The notes beneath the pieces were generated by a model. That model saw only the letters and a list, made by a program, of their open reading frames with translations. It was not told the origin of the DNA and did no database searches. A stretch of DNA of 64,000 nucleotides from an uncultured bacterium (GTDB lineage: Bacteria; Pseudomonadota; Gammaproteobacteria; Steroidobacterales; Woeseiaceae), in assembly GCA_963976365.1 (NCBI GenBank), contig CAXBKH010000005.1:1730-65729 (forward strand). The letters are read 5' to 3'. This document shows, piece after piece, positions 52,685 to 63,103 of the stretch. The stretch's first letter is position 1; every line of letters starts with the position of its first letter. The translations under genes were made by a program, and so were the position numbers.

Positions 52685-54610
52685 CTAGGCCGATTTCGCG
52701 TCGTCGTCTTTATCGACTTCTTCGAACTCAGCATCAACCACATCATCGCCGGAAGCATCATCACTGGCATCGTCAGAATCCGCACTTGCTGACTTTTCTT
52801 CGTACAGTCTTTGTGCAAGCCCTGCGGAGGCCTCACCCAGCGCCGTTGTTTTGGTTTCGATTTTTTCCTTATCGTCACCTTCCAGCGCTTTCTTGAGATC
52901 CGAAATGGCATTCTCGACTGCCAAGCGCTCCTCGGCTGTCGCTTTCTCGCCCAGATCCTTCAGCGTCTTTTCCGCCGCATGAATCAGGCCATCCGCCTGG
53001 TTGCGCGTATCGACGAGTTCGCGGAACTTGCGATCCTCTTCCGCATGGCTCTCGGCGTCAGCAACCATTTTTTCGATCTCATCGTCAGACAGTCCACTGG
53101 ATGCCTTGATAACGATGTTCTGGCTCTTGCCAGTCGCCTTGTCTTTGGCAGATACATTGAGAATGCCGTTCGCATCGATGTCGAAGGTTACTTCGATCTG
53201 CGGCAGACCGCGCGGTGACGGCGGAATGTCGGTCAGGTCAAATCGTCCCAGCGACTTATTGTCCACCGAACGTTCGCGCTCACCTTGCAGCACATGGATC
53301 GTCACGGCCGTCTGATTATCATCGGCCGTTGAAAATACCTGTTCCGCATTGGCGGGGATCGTCGTGTTTTTCTCAATCAGCTTGGTCATGACACCGCCAA
53401 GTGTCTCGATGCCCAGCGACAAAGGCGTCACGTCGAGCAGCAGGACATCTTTGACGTCGCCAGACAGAACGCCGCCCTGAATCGCTGCGCCAAGTGCTAC
53501 TGCTTCATCCGGATTCACATCGCGTCGGGGTTCGCGTCCGAAGAAATTCTGAACTTCTTCCTGCACTTTCGGCATGCGCGTCTGACCACCAACGAGGATG
53601 ACGTTGTCAATCTCATTGACTTTCAAACCGGCATCTTTCAGCGCGGTCTTGCAAGGGCCGATTGTGCGGGCAATCAACTCATCAACCAGTGACTCGAGTT
53701 TCGCGCGCGTCAGCTTGATGTTGAGGTGTTTCGGACCGCTGGAATCCGCTGTGATGTAAGGCAGATTAACTTCCGTTTGCTGCTGCGAGCTCAGCTCAAT
53801 CTTGGCTTTTTCGGCAGCCTCCTTGAGACGCTGCATGGCCAGAGGGTCTGAAGTGATGTCGACGCCACTGTCGTGCTCAAACTCCGATGTGAGGTATTCG
53901 ATGACACGCATGTCAAAGTCTTCACCGCCGAGGAACGTGTCACCATTGGTCGCCAGTACCTCGAACTGATGCTCGCCGTCGACTTCGGCAATCTCAATGA
54001 TTGACACGTCGAAGGTTCCGCCACCGAGATCAAATACCGCGATTTTCGTGTCGCCACGCTTCTTGTCCATACCGTAGGCAAGTGCCGCGGCCGTGGGTTC
54101 ATTAATGATTCGCTTGACGTTCAGGCCTGCAATTTTACCTGCATCCTTGGTTGCCTGGCGCTGCGAGTCGTTGAAGTAAGCCGGAACCGTTACAACTGCT
54201 TCCGTCACTTCCTCACCAAGGTAATCCTCGGCGGTCTTCTTCATTTTCATCAGGACACGCGCGGAGATCTCCGGCGGCGCCATTTTCTTTCCATTTGCCT
54301 CAACCCAGGCATCGCCATTGTCTGCTTTGACGATCTTGTAGGACACCATGCCGATATCGCGCTGCACGACATCATCGTCGAACTTGCGACCAATCAATCG
54401 CTTGACGGCGAATAAGGTGTTGCCCGGATTTGTGACCGCCTGGCGCTTGGCCGACTGGCCGACGAGGACCTGGTCATCCTTGCTGAAAGCAACAATCGAC
54501 GGGGTCGTTCGATCGCCTTCGCTATTCTCAATAACCTTGGCAACACCGCCCTCCATAACTGCAACGCAGGAGTTCGTGGTACCAAGGTCGATACCAATAA
54601 CTTTACCCAT
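52685..54610 (-). CDS. dnaK: Molecular chaperone DnaK (Hsp70)
   Basis: The start is at ATG 54610 ([18 protein letters not shown]). It is a full-length Hsp70. Confidence 0.97.
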   Translation of the reverse strand: MGKVIGIDLGTTNSCVAVMEGGVAKVIENSEGDRTTPSIVAFSKDDQVLVGQSAKRQAVTNPGNTLFAVKRLIGRKFDDDVVQRDIGMVSYKIVKADNGDAWVEANGKKMAPPEISARVLMKMKKTAEDYLGEEVTEAVVTVPAYFNDSQRQATKDAGKIAGLNVKRIINEPTAAALAYGMDKKRGDTKIAVFDLGGGTFDVSIIEIAEVDGEHQFEVLATNGDTFLGGEDFDMRVIEYLTSEFEHDSGVDITSDPLAMQRLKEAAEKAKIELSSQQQTEVNLPYITADSSGPKHLNIKLTRAKLESLVDELIARTIGPCKTALKDAGLKVNEIDNVILVGGQTRMPKVQEEVQNFFGREPRRDVNPDEAVALGAAIQGGVLSGDVKDVLLLDVTPLSLGIETLGGVMTKLIEKNTTIPANAEQVFSTADDNQTAVTIHVLQGERERSVDNKSLGRFDLTDIPPSPRGLPQIEVTFDIDANGILNVSAKDKATGKSQNIVIKASSGLSDDEIEKMVADAESHAEEDRKFRELVDTRNQADGLIHAAEKTLKDLGEKATAEERLAVENAISDLKKALEGDDKEKIETKTTALGEASAGLAQRLYEEKSASADSDDASDDASGDDVVDAEFEEVDKDDDAKSA

Positions 54611-54652
54611 GTTCATACGCTCCGAATTTGTAAATAGTCTTAACTGCTCGTG

Positions 54653-54681
54653 TAGGTGGGGCCAGCGCACAGTGTTTCAAG
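54653..54681 (-). promoter_or_regulatory. Sigma-32 (heat-shock) type promoter of dnaK
   Basis: Minus strand: CTTGAAA-13 nt-CCCCACCTA. The consensus is CTTGAAA-N13-15-CCCCATnTA. The -10 element lies 43 nt upstream of the dnaK ATG. Confidence 0.65.
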
Positions 54682-54709
54682 CAGGAATGGCCCTTTTTTC
54701 GCCCCGAAA

Positions 54710-55300
54710 TCATGATTCTGCGGCAACAATCACCATCGCCGGACGCAACAGCCTGCCGTTTAGCGAATACCCCTTTTGCACCACCGTCATGACCGAGCCC
54801 GGTTCAACTCCGTCCGAGGGTTGCATACTGATGGCTTCATGGTTTTCCGGGTCAAATGGCTCACCCAGGGGATCAATCTCCTCGATGCCGAACTGCTGCA
54901 TTGTCGAACCGAGAACCTTCAGGGTCGCCGCGCTACCTTCCAGCAGGCTTTCGATACTCGCGTTCTCGGCGCTGGCGATACCCATTTCGAGACTGTCACG
55001 GACGGCCAGAAGCTCCTTGCCAAAACGCTCAAGCGCATAACGCCGGGCATTTTCGACATCCCGCGCCGCGCGTTTGCGCACATTGTCCAGCTCCGCGGCC
55101 GCCCTGAGGTAATTGTCATAGTTCTCATCCGCCCTGGCCCGCAGGGCTTCCAGCTCCGACAATGCCTCTTGATCCTCCGAGCCGGCGCCGCCCGGCGCTT
55201 TCGCTTCCAGGCCGCTAGTGTCGGTGTTTGCCACCTCTACCTGCTCGTCAACATCGTTGTCGGGACATTCAGCTTGTCCATTCATCAAATACAGCTCCAC
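54710..55300 (-). CDS. grpE: Nucleotide exchange factor GrpE
   Basis: 196 aa with an acidic N-terminus and the motifs YLRAAAELDNVRKRAARD and GYSLNGRLLRPAMV. The alternative ATG at 55285 is possible. Confidence 0.94.
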   Translation of the reverse strand: MELYLMNGQAECPDNDVDEQVEVANTDTSGLEAKAPGGAGSEDQEALSELEALRARADENYDNYLRAAAELDNVRKRAARDVENARRYALERFGKELLAVRDSLEMGIASAENASIESLLEGSAATLKVLGSTMQQFGIEEIDPLGEPFDPENHEAISMQPSDGVEPGSVMTVVQKGYSLNGRLLRPAMVIVAAES

Positions 55301-55361
55301 AATTCAGACATCGAGCGCCAGACAACCGCCCAACGCGCAAAAGACGTCCGCAGTTTGGGGA

Positions 55362-55390
55362 TGAGACAGAAAATATCAAGAGTTTGGGCC
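55362..55390 (-). promoter_or_regulatory. Sigma-32 type promoter of grpE
   Basis: Minus strand: CTTGATA-13 nt-CCCCAAACT, in the 126-nt hrcA-grpE spacer. Confidence 0.5.
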
Positions 55391-55426
55391 AAAAAATCTT
55401 GGCACATTGCGCTAAAAATCACGCGC

Positions 55427-56485
55427 TTAGCTATTGTGGCTCAGTGCCGACTCCAGCAAACGGGCGGTTATATCAACAATGGGCACAACGCGATCGTAAG
55501 CCATTCGGGTGGGACCAATGACTCCCAGTACGCCAATCGTGTCGTCATCAACATGATAGGGCGCCGTGATGACGCTACAGCCATCGAAGATTCGGTAACC
55601 TGATTCCTCGCCAATGAAAATCTGTACGCCGTTTGCATGAATACTTCGATCCAGCAGATCGAGTATCAGGCGTTTGCGCGAAAATGCGTCAAACAACCGG
55701 CGCAGCGTTTCGACGTCCGACAACTCGGCAAAATCCATCAGCTTTGTTTCGCCGGCAACCACATATTTGTTGTCCTGGTCCGTCGCCCCATCCATCGCTG
55801 ACTGCGCCACGGAAATAATTTCATGCATCGTCTGATTCATCGAATCCCGGGTAGTTTCGAGATCCGCCAACAGCTTTGCGCGCACCTGTTCCAGGTCCAG
55901 ACCGGAGTAATGTTCGTTGATAAAATTTTGCGCCTGTTGCAGCTCTGAGGCTGAATAATCGCGGTCTGTATGCAAAATACGATTCTGCACCTCGCGATCG
56001 TTGACAACCAGAATGACCAGAACGCGATTCTCGGACAATGGCAAAAATTCAATTTGCCGCAGTTTCACCTTCGGCGCCCTGGGCACGGTCACAACGCCTG
56101 CCATGCTGGTGATATCTGACAGCATGCTGGACACTGCGCCGACAAGGCTTTCCGGGTTTTCGGACTCGCCGCGAATCTGCGCACGTATTCTGCGGATATC
56201 GCCATCGCCCGGTTTTCGATATCGCACCAGCGTATCGACGAACAGCCGATAACCCTTCGGTGTGGGGATTCGTCCGGCCGATGTATGCGGAGCTGAGACC
56301 AGCCCCATGTCCTCAAGATCGGACATGACGTTTCGAATCGTTGCAGGGCTGAGGTCGAGGCCGGCGTCCCTGGACAACGTTCGCGATCCGACTGGCTGTC
56401 CGTCCCGGATATAGCGCTGGATCAACACGCGCAATAAATGCTGACCGCGATCGCTTGGTACAGGATTGGACGTATCGGCTGTCAT
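55427..56485 (-). CDS. hrcA: Heat-inducible transcription repressor HrcA
   Basis: 352 aa. The N-terminal winged helix is LLRVLIQRYIRDGQPVGSRTLS, followed by an HrcA C-terminal domain. Confidence 0.93.
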   Translation of the reverse strand: MTADTSNPVPSDRGQHLLRVLIQRYIRDGQPVGSRTLSRDAGLDLSPATIRNVMSDLEDMGLVSAPHTSAGRIPTPKGYRLFVDTLVRYRKPGDGDIRRIRAQIRGESENPESLVGAVSSMLSDITSMAGVVTVPRAPKVKLRQIEFLPLSENRVLVILVVNDREVQNRILHTDRDYSASELQQAQNFINEHYSGLDLEQVRAKLLADLETTRDSMNQTMHEIISVAQSAMDGATDQDNKYVVAGETKLMDFAELSDVETLRRLFDAFSRKRLILDLLDRSIHANGVQIFIGEESGYRIFDGCSVITAPYHVDDDTIGVLGVIGPTRMAYDRVVPIVDITARLLESALSHNS

Positions 56486-56543
56486 ACCGAGGAAACGCTA
56501 GCAATGGCTTGGCGGTGGGTCAAGGGTTTGCCACAATCCATGA

Positions 56544-57383
56544 ATGAGCCACTCCTTCAAGAAAATAGTCATTGTCGGTCGACTGGAAGATCCCCGGGTA
56601 ACCGAGCCACGGGATCTGCTGATTGAACACCTCAACAGTATCGGTGTCGACCTGCTGCCGCAGGACGAAATCGAGTTTGCTGATCTCGTTATCGCGGTTG
56701 GTGGCGATGGCACCATGCTGTACGCGAGTCGATTGGCACGCCAGTATGCAACGCCAATTCTTGGCGTCAATCGGGGCCGATTGGGATTCCTCGCCGACGT
56801 GACCCCCGATGAGATGATTGATAGCGTCGATCATGTCCTCAAGGGAAACTTCTCAACGGACTCGCGATTGTTGCTCGAAGCCCGCCTGTTGCAGGCTTCG
56901 GGCGAAGAACAAGTCGCATACGCACTCAATGATGTTGTATTGCAACGCCGGGAAACCGGGCGCATGGTGGACTTCGAAACGCGCGTTGACGGTCGATACG
57001 TGAACACACACTCGGGAGACGGCCTGATCATCGCAACGCCGACCGGCTCGACCGCCTACGCACTGAGTTGCGGCGGACCAATTATGGAACCGCACCTGGA
57101 CGCAATTGTCCTTGTCCCGGTTTGCCCGCACACACTCACCGACCGACCTATAGTTATCGCTGCCGACAGATCCGTCGAAATATCACTGCTGGAACGCGAC
57201 GACACCAAAGCGGAAATTACCGTTGACGGGTTTTCAATGGGCGGTATTACGCCAGACGACAAACTGCGAATATCCGCTGCAAACAAGCGGGTTACACTGG
57301 TACATCCTCCCGGCTATGATTTCTACGGTATCCTGCGCTCCAAGTTATTTTGGGGACGCGACAGCAGAAACCGGGAAGGTTGA
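56544..57383 (+). CDS. nadK: NAD kinase
   Basis: 279 aa. Motifs: VIAVGGDGTMLYASR and TPTGSTAYALSCGGPI. Confidence 0.94.
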   Translation: MSHSFKKIVIVGRLEDPRVTEPRDLLIEHLNSIGVDLLPQDEIEFADLVIAVGGDGTMLYASRLARQYATPILGVNRGRLGFLADVTPDEMIDSVDHVLKGNFSTDSRLLLEARLLQASGEEQVAYALNDVVLQRRETGRMVDFETRVDGRYVNTHSGDGLIIATPTGSTAYALSCGGPIMEPHLDAIVLVPVCPHTLTDRPIVIAADRSVEISLLERDDTKAEITVDGFSMGGITPDDKLRISAANKRVTLVHPPGYDFYGILRSKLFWGRDSRNREG

Positions 57384-57390
57384 ATATCCG

Positions 57391-59073
57391 ATGTTGATGA
57401 ACCTGCAAGTACGCGACTTCGCGATCGTCGAGAAACTCGACGTTGAATTCGAGCCGGGCATGACAGTGCTGACCGGCGAAACCGGTGCGGGCAAGTCAAT
57501 CCTGGTCGATGCGCTGGGGCTGGTTCTTGGCGAGCGCGGTAGTGCAACGCTGGTCCGGGACGGCGCAAAACGCGCTGAATTCGCCGCGGAATTCGATATC
57601 TCGGGCTTGCCACTGGTGAGAGCCTGGCTCAACGAGAATGCGTTGGACCTCGATGACGATTGCCTGTTACGGCGTGTTGTCAATGCGGATGGTCGTTCGC
57701 GCGCATTCGTCAACGGCAATGCAGTCCCACTCTCGAACCTGAAGAGTATCGGGGAACTGCTGCTCGACATTCATGGCCAGCATTTCCACCAGTCGCTGGG
57801 GCGACGCAGCGTGCAACGTGATCTGCTCGATCACTTCGGCGACCTGCTCCAGCAACGCAATGACGTGGCAACGCGATACGCGGAATGGATGGCCGTGGTC
57901 GAGCGCCGCAAATCATTGCTCGATGCCGACGCCGACCGGGCGTCGCGCCTGGACCTGCTGACCTTTCAGGTCCAGGAGCTGGAATCCCTGGCGGTCGAAG
58001 ACGGAGAAGCAGAATCGATCGGCATCGAGCGGAAAAAACTGCTGAATAGCGGGCGTCTCGCCGATGGCCTGCGCGCAGCGCTTGATGCGTTGATGGATAG
58101 CGAACCAAGCAATGCGAACAGCCTGATCGCCGACGCAGCAAGATCTGTCCGAACCATCTCTGCCTTTGACCCCGGCTTGACCCCATTACTTGAGTTGCTG
58201 GAGACCGCGAGCATCCAGGTGGCTGAGGCAGCGGAATCCTTGCGCCGCTACGAAGACAGCATTGACATGGATCCGGGCAGGCGGGACTGGATTGAGGAAA
58301 GATTGGACGCCTTGCAGGCCGTCGCGCGAAAACATCGTGTCGAGACAAGCGAATTGCCAGGCCTGGCGGTTCGATTGCAGCAAGAACTTGACGAACTCAC
58401 CCATGCCGAAATTCGCGGCAAGGAGCTCGAGAAACAGGCGAAGGCTCTGCGTGACGAGTACTGTCAAAGTGCCGAGGCATTGTCAAAAGCGCGCGCTAAA
58501 GCTGCGAAAGCCTTTTCTCTTGCAGTGACCGAGACTATGGCGGGCCTCGGCATGCCGGGCGGCGTGTTCAAGGTCGCCCTGGCGCGGCTGGACGAAGAAT
58601 CTGCCCGCCCCTGGGGCATCGACGCGATTGAATTCCAGATCAGCGCGAATCCCGGGCAAAAGCCGCAACCACTGGCAAAAATCGCCTCCGGCGGCGAATT
58701 GTCCCGAATGAGCTTGTCTATCCAGGTTATTGCGAGTGATGGCAGCGCCATACCAACAATGATTTTCGATGAGGTGGACAGTGGTGTCGGCGGCGGCGTT
58801 GCCGAAATGGTCGGCCGGCGCTTGCAGGAACTTGGCGCGAACCGACAGGTTCTTTGCGTCACTCACCTGCCCCAGGTTGCGAGCCTTGCAGACCACCATT
58901 TTCGGGTCAGCAAGGTCACGGATGGAAAATCGACGCGGACCGGTCTCAAGGTTCTGGGATATGACGAGCGGATTGAAGAACTCGCACGCATGCTCGGCGG
59001 CGTCGAAATTACCCAAACTACATTGGATCACGCTGCGGAAATGCTGGCCGGCGCCCGCCAAAAACGGGCCTGA
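57391..59073 (+). CDS. recN: DNA repair protein RecN
   Basis: The start is at ATG 57391 (MLMNLQVRDFAIVEKLDVEFEPGMTVLTGETGAGKS), 8 nt after the nadK stop. The track start at 57223 lies inside nadK. It has an SMC-like coiled coil and the signature SGGELSR. Confidence 0.95.
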   Translation: MLMNLQVRDFAIVEKLDVEFEPGMTVLTGETGAGKSILVDALGLVLGERGSATLVRDGAKRAEFAAEFDISGLPLVRAWLNENALDLDDDCLLRRVVNADGRSRAFVNGNAVPLSNLKSIGELLLDIHGQHFHQSLGRRSVQRDLLDHFGDLLQQRNDVATRYAEWMAVVERRKSLLDADADRASRLDLLTFQVQELESLAVEDGEAESIGIERKKLLNSGRLADGLRAALDALMDSEPSNANSLIADAARSVRTISAFDPGLTPLLELLETASIQVAEAAESLRRYEDSIDMDPGRRDWIEERLDALQAVARKHRVETSELPGLAVRLQQELDELTHAEIRGKELEKQAKALRDEYCQSAEALSKARAKAAKAFSLAVTETMAGLGMPGGVFKVALARLDEESARPWGIDAIEFQISANPGQKPQPLAKIASGGELSRMSLSIQVIASDGSAIPTMIFDEVDSGVGGGVAEMVGRRLQELGANRQVLCVTHLPQVASLADHHFRVSKVTDGKSTRTGLKVLGYDERIEELARMLGGVEITQTTLDHAAEMLAGARQKRA

Positions 59074-59100
59074 GCCCTCGGTCCGGCGCCATGCTGAAAC

Positions 59101-59520
59101 TCAGCCCTTGGGCGACTTGTCCTTTTCTTTGACGTATAGCACCAGGCTGTGGTCCAGCAGCTCGAAACCGTGCTCTTCCGCGATTTCCTTTTGAATACGC
59201 TCGATTTCCGGACTCACAAACTCAACCACTTCACCCGATTCGACGATGACCATGTGGTCGTGGTGCTCGCCATCGTCGAGCTCGAATACCGAGTGGCCGC
59301 CTTCAAAGTTGTGGCGAGTCACCAGTCCAGCGGATTCGAACTGCGTCAGGACCCGGTAGACTGTTGCCAGGCCAATATCCTCGCCTTCCTGCAACAGGTG
59401 CTTGTAGATGTCTTCAGCACTCATATGGCGCAGCCGGGCGTCCTCCAGAATCTCGAGGATTTTTAGTCTCGGCAGAGTGACCTTGAGTCCGGCCTGGCGA
59501 AGTTCTTTTCTTTGCTGCAT
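59101..59520 (-). CDS. fur: Ferric uptake regulator Fur
   Basis: The start is at ATG 59520 (MQQRKELRQAGLKVTLPRLKILEIL...). It is 139 aa with HHDHMV and metal-site motifs. The track N-terminal extension is implausible. Confidence 0.94.
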   Translation of the reverse strand: MQQRKELRQAGLKVTLPRLKILEILEDARLRHMSAEDIYKHLLQEGEDIGLATVYRVLTQFESAGLVTRHNFEGGHSVFELDDGEHHDHMVIVESGEVVEFVSPEIERIQKEIAEEHGFELLDHSLVLYVKEKDKSPKG

Positions 59521-59599
59521 GAATGCGTACTCACAGGTATGATGCGCGCCTATTATGACAATGTGGCTGCAACTTTTCAGCCGAAAGTGTTCTGACAAT

Positions 59600-59932
59600 A
59601 TGACTATGCGTAAAACGACCCGGCTTTTTCTCACATTCCTGTGCTTTGCCCTCCTGAGTGCATGCGTGTATCGCGCGAATATTGCCCAGGGAAACCTGAT
59701 CAAGCAGGACGATCTCGATCAGGCGGAAATTGGCATGACCAAAAGCCAGATTCGTTTCCTGCTGGGAACGCCCATGATCGATGACCCGTTTACTGTGAAC
59801 CGTTGGGACTACGTCTACTACATGAAGATCGGTCGCAGAGACACCGTCCAGAAACGCTGGGTATCAATTTATTTCGTTGATGAAAAAGTGAGCGAGATCC
59901 GCAAAGATCAGGAGCTTGCGCCCGAGCTTTAG
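59600..59932 (+). CDS. bamE: Outer membrane protein assembly factor BamE (OmlA/SmpA)
   Basis: It has a lipoprotein signal (LTFLCFALLSAC), then VYRANIAQGNLIKQDDLDQAEIGMTKSQIRFLLGTPMIDDPF. It is divergent from fur. The start is at 59600 or 59606. Confidence 0.9.
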   Translation: MTMRKTTRLFLTFLCFALLSACVYRANIAQGNLIKQDDLDQAEIGMTKSQIRFLLGTPMIDDPFTVNRWDYVYYMKIGRRDTVQKRWVSIYFVDEKVSEIRKDQELAPEL

Positions 59933-60234
59933 TTTTGGTCCGCGCCCGCCATTGTCCGACCGACCAGCGCGAGCTGGCGCCGGGCTTCACGCGGGTCCAG
60001 GTGCAGTGCCCGGTACAATTCCACTCTGTCGCCCGTCGTCAACGTTTGGTGTCGATCGACAACCCGACCCCAGATTCCAACTGCACATTGATCGAAATCT
60101 TCATCCGGGTACATTGACGCCAGTTTGCTGATCCGAACAGCCTGCGCAACAGTGGTACCGGGTGGCACATTCAACGCCAGCAATGACTGTCGTTGTTCGC
60201 CTGCATAAACGATTTCAATTTGTAATTCAGACAT
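59929..60234 (-). CDS. rnfH: RnfH-family ubiquitin-like protein (UPF0125)
   Basis: 101 aa. Motif: IEIVYAGEQRQSLLALNVPPGTTVAQAV...GDRVELYRAL. It is downstream of ratA, which is the conserved pairing. Confidence 0.85.
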   Translation of the reverse strand: MSELQIEIVYAGEQRQSLLALNVPPGTTVAQAVRISKLASMYPDEDFDQCAVGIWGRVVDRHQTLTTGDRVELYRALHLDPREARRQLALVGRTMAGADQN

Positions 60235-60242
60235 ACAGCGCC

Positions 60243-60674
60243 TCAGCCGTAGACTTTTTGAGCACGCTCAGTAAACGAATTCACCAGTGAATTGCAGGTA
60301 CTTTCGAAAAAGCTGCCGAACACTGCATCGGTAATTCGGCTCTCGAATTCGAATTGCAGGTCGAACGACACTTTGCTGCCATCGGTGCCGAGCGGCTCAA
60401 ACAGCCAGGATCCTTCCAAATGCCTGAACGGACCGCCGATAAGCTCGAGTTTCATGGCCTTGCCGGGCTGGAGCGAGTTGCGGGTACGAAATGACTTCCG
60501 TATTGACCCGCGCTCAAGCTCAAGCGTGGCATCGATTTCCTCTGCATTTCGCGAATGAACGATCGCACCCGTGCACCACGGCAGAAAATCCGGGTATGCC
60601 TCGACATCTTTCACCAGTTCATACATCTGCTCAGCCGTGTAAGGCACCAATGCGCTACGGGTAACTCTTCGCAC
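60243..60674 (-). CDS. ratA: SRPBCC/START-fold RatA (YfjG, CoQ-binding-like) family protein
   Basis: 143 aa. Motifs: VPYTAEQMYELVKDVEAYPDFLPWC. It is in the conserved neighbourhood with rnfH, bamE and smpB. Confidence 0.85.
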   Translation of the reverse strand: MRRVTRSALVPYTAEQMYELVKDVEAYPDFLPWCTGAIVHSRNAEEIDATLELERGSIRKSFRTRNSLQPGKAMKLELIGGPFRHLEGSWLFEPLGTDGSKVSFDLQFEFESRITDAVFGSFFESTCNSLVNSFTERAQKVYG

Positions 60675-60683
60675 ACCGTTTAC

Positions 60684-62066
60684 TTAAGCAGCGACATTCT
60701 TGATGGCGAAGAACAACACGATGAAGATTCCAATAGGCGCGATTACCCGAGCCGCGAACCGCCATGCCGAATACGCAAGACCGGTGCCTCCCAACTCCTC
60801 CGCTGTCGAATTTCGACACATCACCCAACCTGCAAACACCGCGATGAAGAGCCCTCCCAGCGGCAACATGAGTTGGTTGGTCAGAAAATCCAGGTTGTCA
60901 AATACGGTACCCTGGAAGAAGGTCGCATCTTTCCAGATATTCCATGAAAATATGCTGCCGAACCCGAGTACCCAGATTACGCCGCCGACAATGATCGCCG
61001 ATTGCTGACGAGTTTTATTGAAGTGCTCAACCAGCCAGGCGACGCCGGGCTCAATGAGACCGATTGCCGACGTCCAGGCCGCAAACGACAACAGAACAAA
61101 AAATATCGTGGAGAAAAATGCACCGCCGGGCATTTGCCCGAGCGCGAGTGGCAGCGTTTGAAACACCAGACCCGGTCCGGCATCCGGCTGCAAGCCGTTG
61201 GCGAATACCAATGGAAAGATGACCAGTCCGGCCAGAATAGCGATTGAGGTATCCGCGGCGACTACAGTCGCAGAAGCGCCCATGATCGATGTTTCTTCCG
61301 GCAAGTAAGCGCCATACGCCATGATGGCACCCATGCCGATGCTCAGCGTGAAGAATGCCTGGCCCATAGCCTCCAGCACACTACCCCAACTCAACTTGCT
61401 GAAATCCGGCGTAAACAGAAAATCGACGCCAGCACCAAAGGACCCCGAAGTTATCGAGTAGCCAAGCAAGACCAACATCATCAGCAGCAGTGCCGGCACC
61501 ATGAATTTAACGGCCTGCTCAAGACCGCGTTCGACGCCCCGCGCGACAACGAATATCGTCAGCCCCATGAACAACGTGTGCACCAGCGACATTTGGCCGG
61601 TATTCATCTTGAATGCGTCAAGTTCCGCTACGACGTCCGCGGCCGATGCATTGACAAAGACTCCGCTTGCACTCTTGACAATATAGGTTAGCGTCCAGCC
61701 AGCGATGACACTGTAATAAGACAGAATCAGGATGCCGGCAACGACACCGAGCAATCCAACATAACGCCAGAGTTTCGAACTTCCTTCCTCCTGGCCCAAT
61801 AATTCCATCGTGGCAACAGGGTTTCTACGGCCACGCCGGCCAATCAGGATTTCCGACATCATCACCGGCATGCCGATAGCAACAACGCAGGCCAGATATA
61901 CCAGTACGAAAGCCCCACCCCCGTTTTCGCCCGCCACATAGGGAAACTTCCAGATATTGCCAAGACCCACAGCCGAGCCCGTCACGGCCAGTACGAAAGC
62001 CATTTTCGAGGACCAGTGGCCGTGAAGTGAGGTTCTTTTTCCGTCGCCGGCTTGATTACTAAGCAT
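60684..62066 (-). CDS. Sodium-dependent transporter, SNF (neurotransmitter:sodium symporter) family
   Basis: The start is at ATG 62066 (MLSNQAGDG...). The NSS signature is WSSKMAFVLAVTGSAVGLGNIWKFPYVAGENGGGAFV. It is polytopic. Confidence 0.88.
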   Translation of the reverse strand: MLSNQAGDGKRTSLHGHWSSKMAFVLAVTGSAVGLGNIWKFPYVAGENGGGAFVLVYLACVVAIGMPVMMSEILIGRRGRRNPVATMELLGQEEGSSKLWRYVGLLGVVAGILILSYYSVIAGWTLTYIVKSASGVFVNASAADVVAELDAFKMNTGQMSLVHTLFMGLTIFVVARGVERGLEQAVKFMVPALLLMMLVLLGYSITSGSFGAGVDFLFTPDFSKLSWGSVLEAMGQAFFTLSIGMGAIMAYGAYLPEETSIMGASATVVAADTSIAILAGLVIFPLVFANGLQPDAGPGLVFQTLPLALGQMPGGAFFSTIFFVLLSFAAWTSAIGLIEPGVAWLVEHFNKTRQQSAIIVGGVIWVLGFGSIFSWNIWKDATFFQGTVFDNLDFLTNQLMLPLGGLFIAVFAGWVMCRNSTAEELGGTGLAYSAWRFAARVIAPIGIFIVLFFAIKNVAA

Positions 62067-62179
62067 TATTTTTTTCTCTAATCGGCAATAAGACCAGCGA
62101 TTCTCATACAATTCCGGGTGCCTGACAACGCTTAGACCGTATAATCCGCTCGCCGTCGAGACGGCGCCAAAGACCAATC

Positions 62180-62653
62180 ATGACGAAATCGAAATCAAAA
62201 AAAGCACCGGGAAAGCTGATAGCCGTGAATCGCAGGGCACGGCACGACTATTTCATCGAAGACAAATTCGAGGCAGGTCTGGCCCTTGAGGGCTGGGAGG
62301 TCAAGAGCCTGAGAGAAGGCCGGGCGCAGATAACCGAGGCCTACGTCAACCTTCGAAAAGGCGAAGCCTGGCTGGTTGGTGCCCATGTATCGCCGCTGAC
62401 CAGCACATCAACACATATCAAGGCCGATCCAACCCGATCGCGGAAACTCCTGCTCAATCGTCATGAACTTGACCGCCTGACAGGGGCTGTCGAACGCAAA
62501 GGCTACGCGATCGTTCCGCTCGACCTGCACTGGGCGAAGGGCAATGCAAAACTCGAACTCGGCCTTGCGAAGGGCAAAAAGCAGCATGACAAACGCGCGG
62601 ACAAGAAAGATCAGGACTGGCAGCGCCAGAAAGCGCGGATACTGAAAAAGTGA
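62180..62653 (+). CDS. smpB: SsrA-binding protein SmpB
   Basis: 157 aa. Motifs: [32 protein letters not shown]. It lies directly upstream of tmRNA. Confidence 0.96.
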   Translation: MTKSKSKKAPGKLIAVNRRARHDYFIEDKFEAGLALEGWEVKSLREGRAQITEAYVNLRKGEAWLVGAHVSPLTSTSTHIKADPTRSRKLLLNRHELDRLTGAVERKGYAIVPLDLHWAKGNAKLELGLAKGKKQHDKRADKKDQDWQRQKARILKK

Positions 62654-62693
62654 GTTGCCAGGCCGGCGCGACTGCCTGAATCAGAAATAGATC

Positions 62694-62722
62694 CTTGTAA
62701 TTCAGCAATTGCCCCCTACACT
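62694..62722 (+). promoter_or_regulatory. Candidate sigma-70 promoter of ssrA
   Basis: TTGTAA-17 nt-TACACT, with the -10 element ending 10 nt before the mature tmRNA 5' end. Confidence 0.4.
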
Positions 62723-62732
62723 TGTGCGACAC

Positions 62733-63094
62733 GGGGGTGACATGGCTTCGACGTGGGTCGCGAAACTCCGAGTGCATGCCGAGGGACAGAGTACCTCGTA
62801 AATCCAACTGTAAAACTTATAGTTGCCAACGACGACAACTACGCTTTAGCTGCTTAAAAACCAGTTTGAAGCCTTCTGCCCGGTACGTGCCTGTGCGTCC
62901 GGATCCCAGGAGTCACCTACACAGGACCGCAGTGAGGGCGTGTTCAGGGTCTGATCTGTTAAACAATTACTGAGCTGGCTGTGAGTTTTCCCTGCCCGTC
63001 GGGTAGCCTGCAGTGAGATTAAAGACGGAATAAGCATGTAGAGCTCGTAGCGTAGGGCTTGCGGACGTGGGTTCGATTCCCACCACCTCCACCA
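62733..63094 (+). ncRNA. ssrA: tmRNA (SsrA), tag peptide ANDDNYALAA
   Basis: The 5' GGGGGUGACAUGGCUUCGACG pairs with the 3' CACCUCCACCA, giving a tRNA-Ala-like acceptor with the G3-U70 pair. The T-arm is GGUUCGAUUCC. The tag reading frame is GCC AAC GAC GAC AAC TAC GCT TTA GCT GCT TAA. Confidence 0.93.
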
Positions 63095-63103
63095 AACGCA
63101 ACA

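Noticed and set aside
55301-56543. CIRCE operator (TTAGCACTC-N9-GAGTGCTAA) near hrcA/grpE
   Set aside because: No inverted repeat of that type is visible in the spacers. This is reported only as a negative observation.
57300-57391. SOS (LexA) box upstream of recN, and a Fur box in the fur-bamE spacer (59521-59599)
   Set aside because: I looked for CTGT-N8-ACAG and GATAATGATAATCATTATC-like sequences and found no convincing match by eye. Nothing is claimed.
34453-59061. Numerous long ORFs antisense to core genes. Examples are 34453-35436 (nuoF), 43215-44279 (ftsH), 48470-49333 (carB), 49632-50774 (carA/dapB spacer), 51852-52688 (dnaJ), 54776-55603 (grpE), and 57710-58348 and 58483-59061 (recN)
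   Set aside because: Each overlaps a housekeeping gene identified through strong conserved motifs on the other strand. Their amino-acid composition (R, A, G, P, S excess) is what high GC3 on the opposite strand produces.
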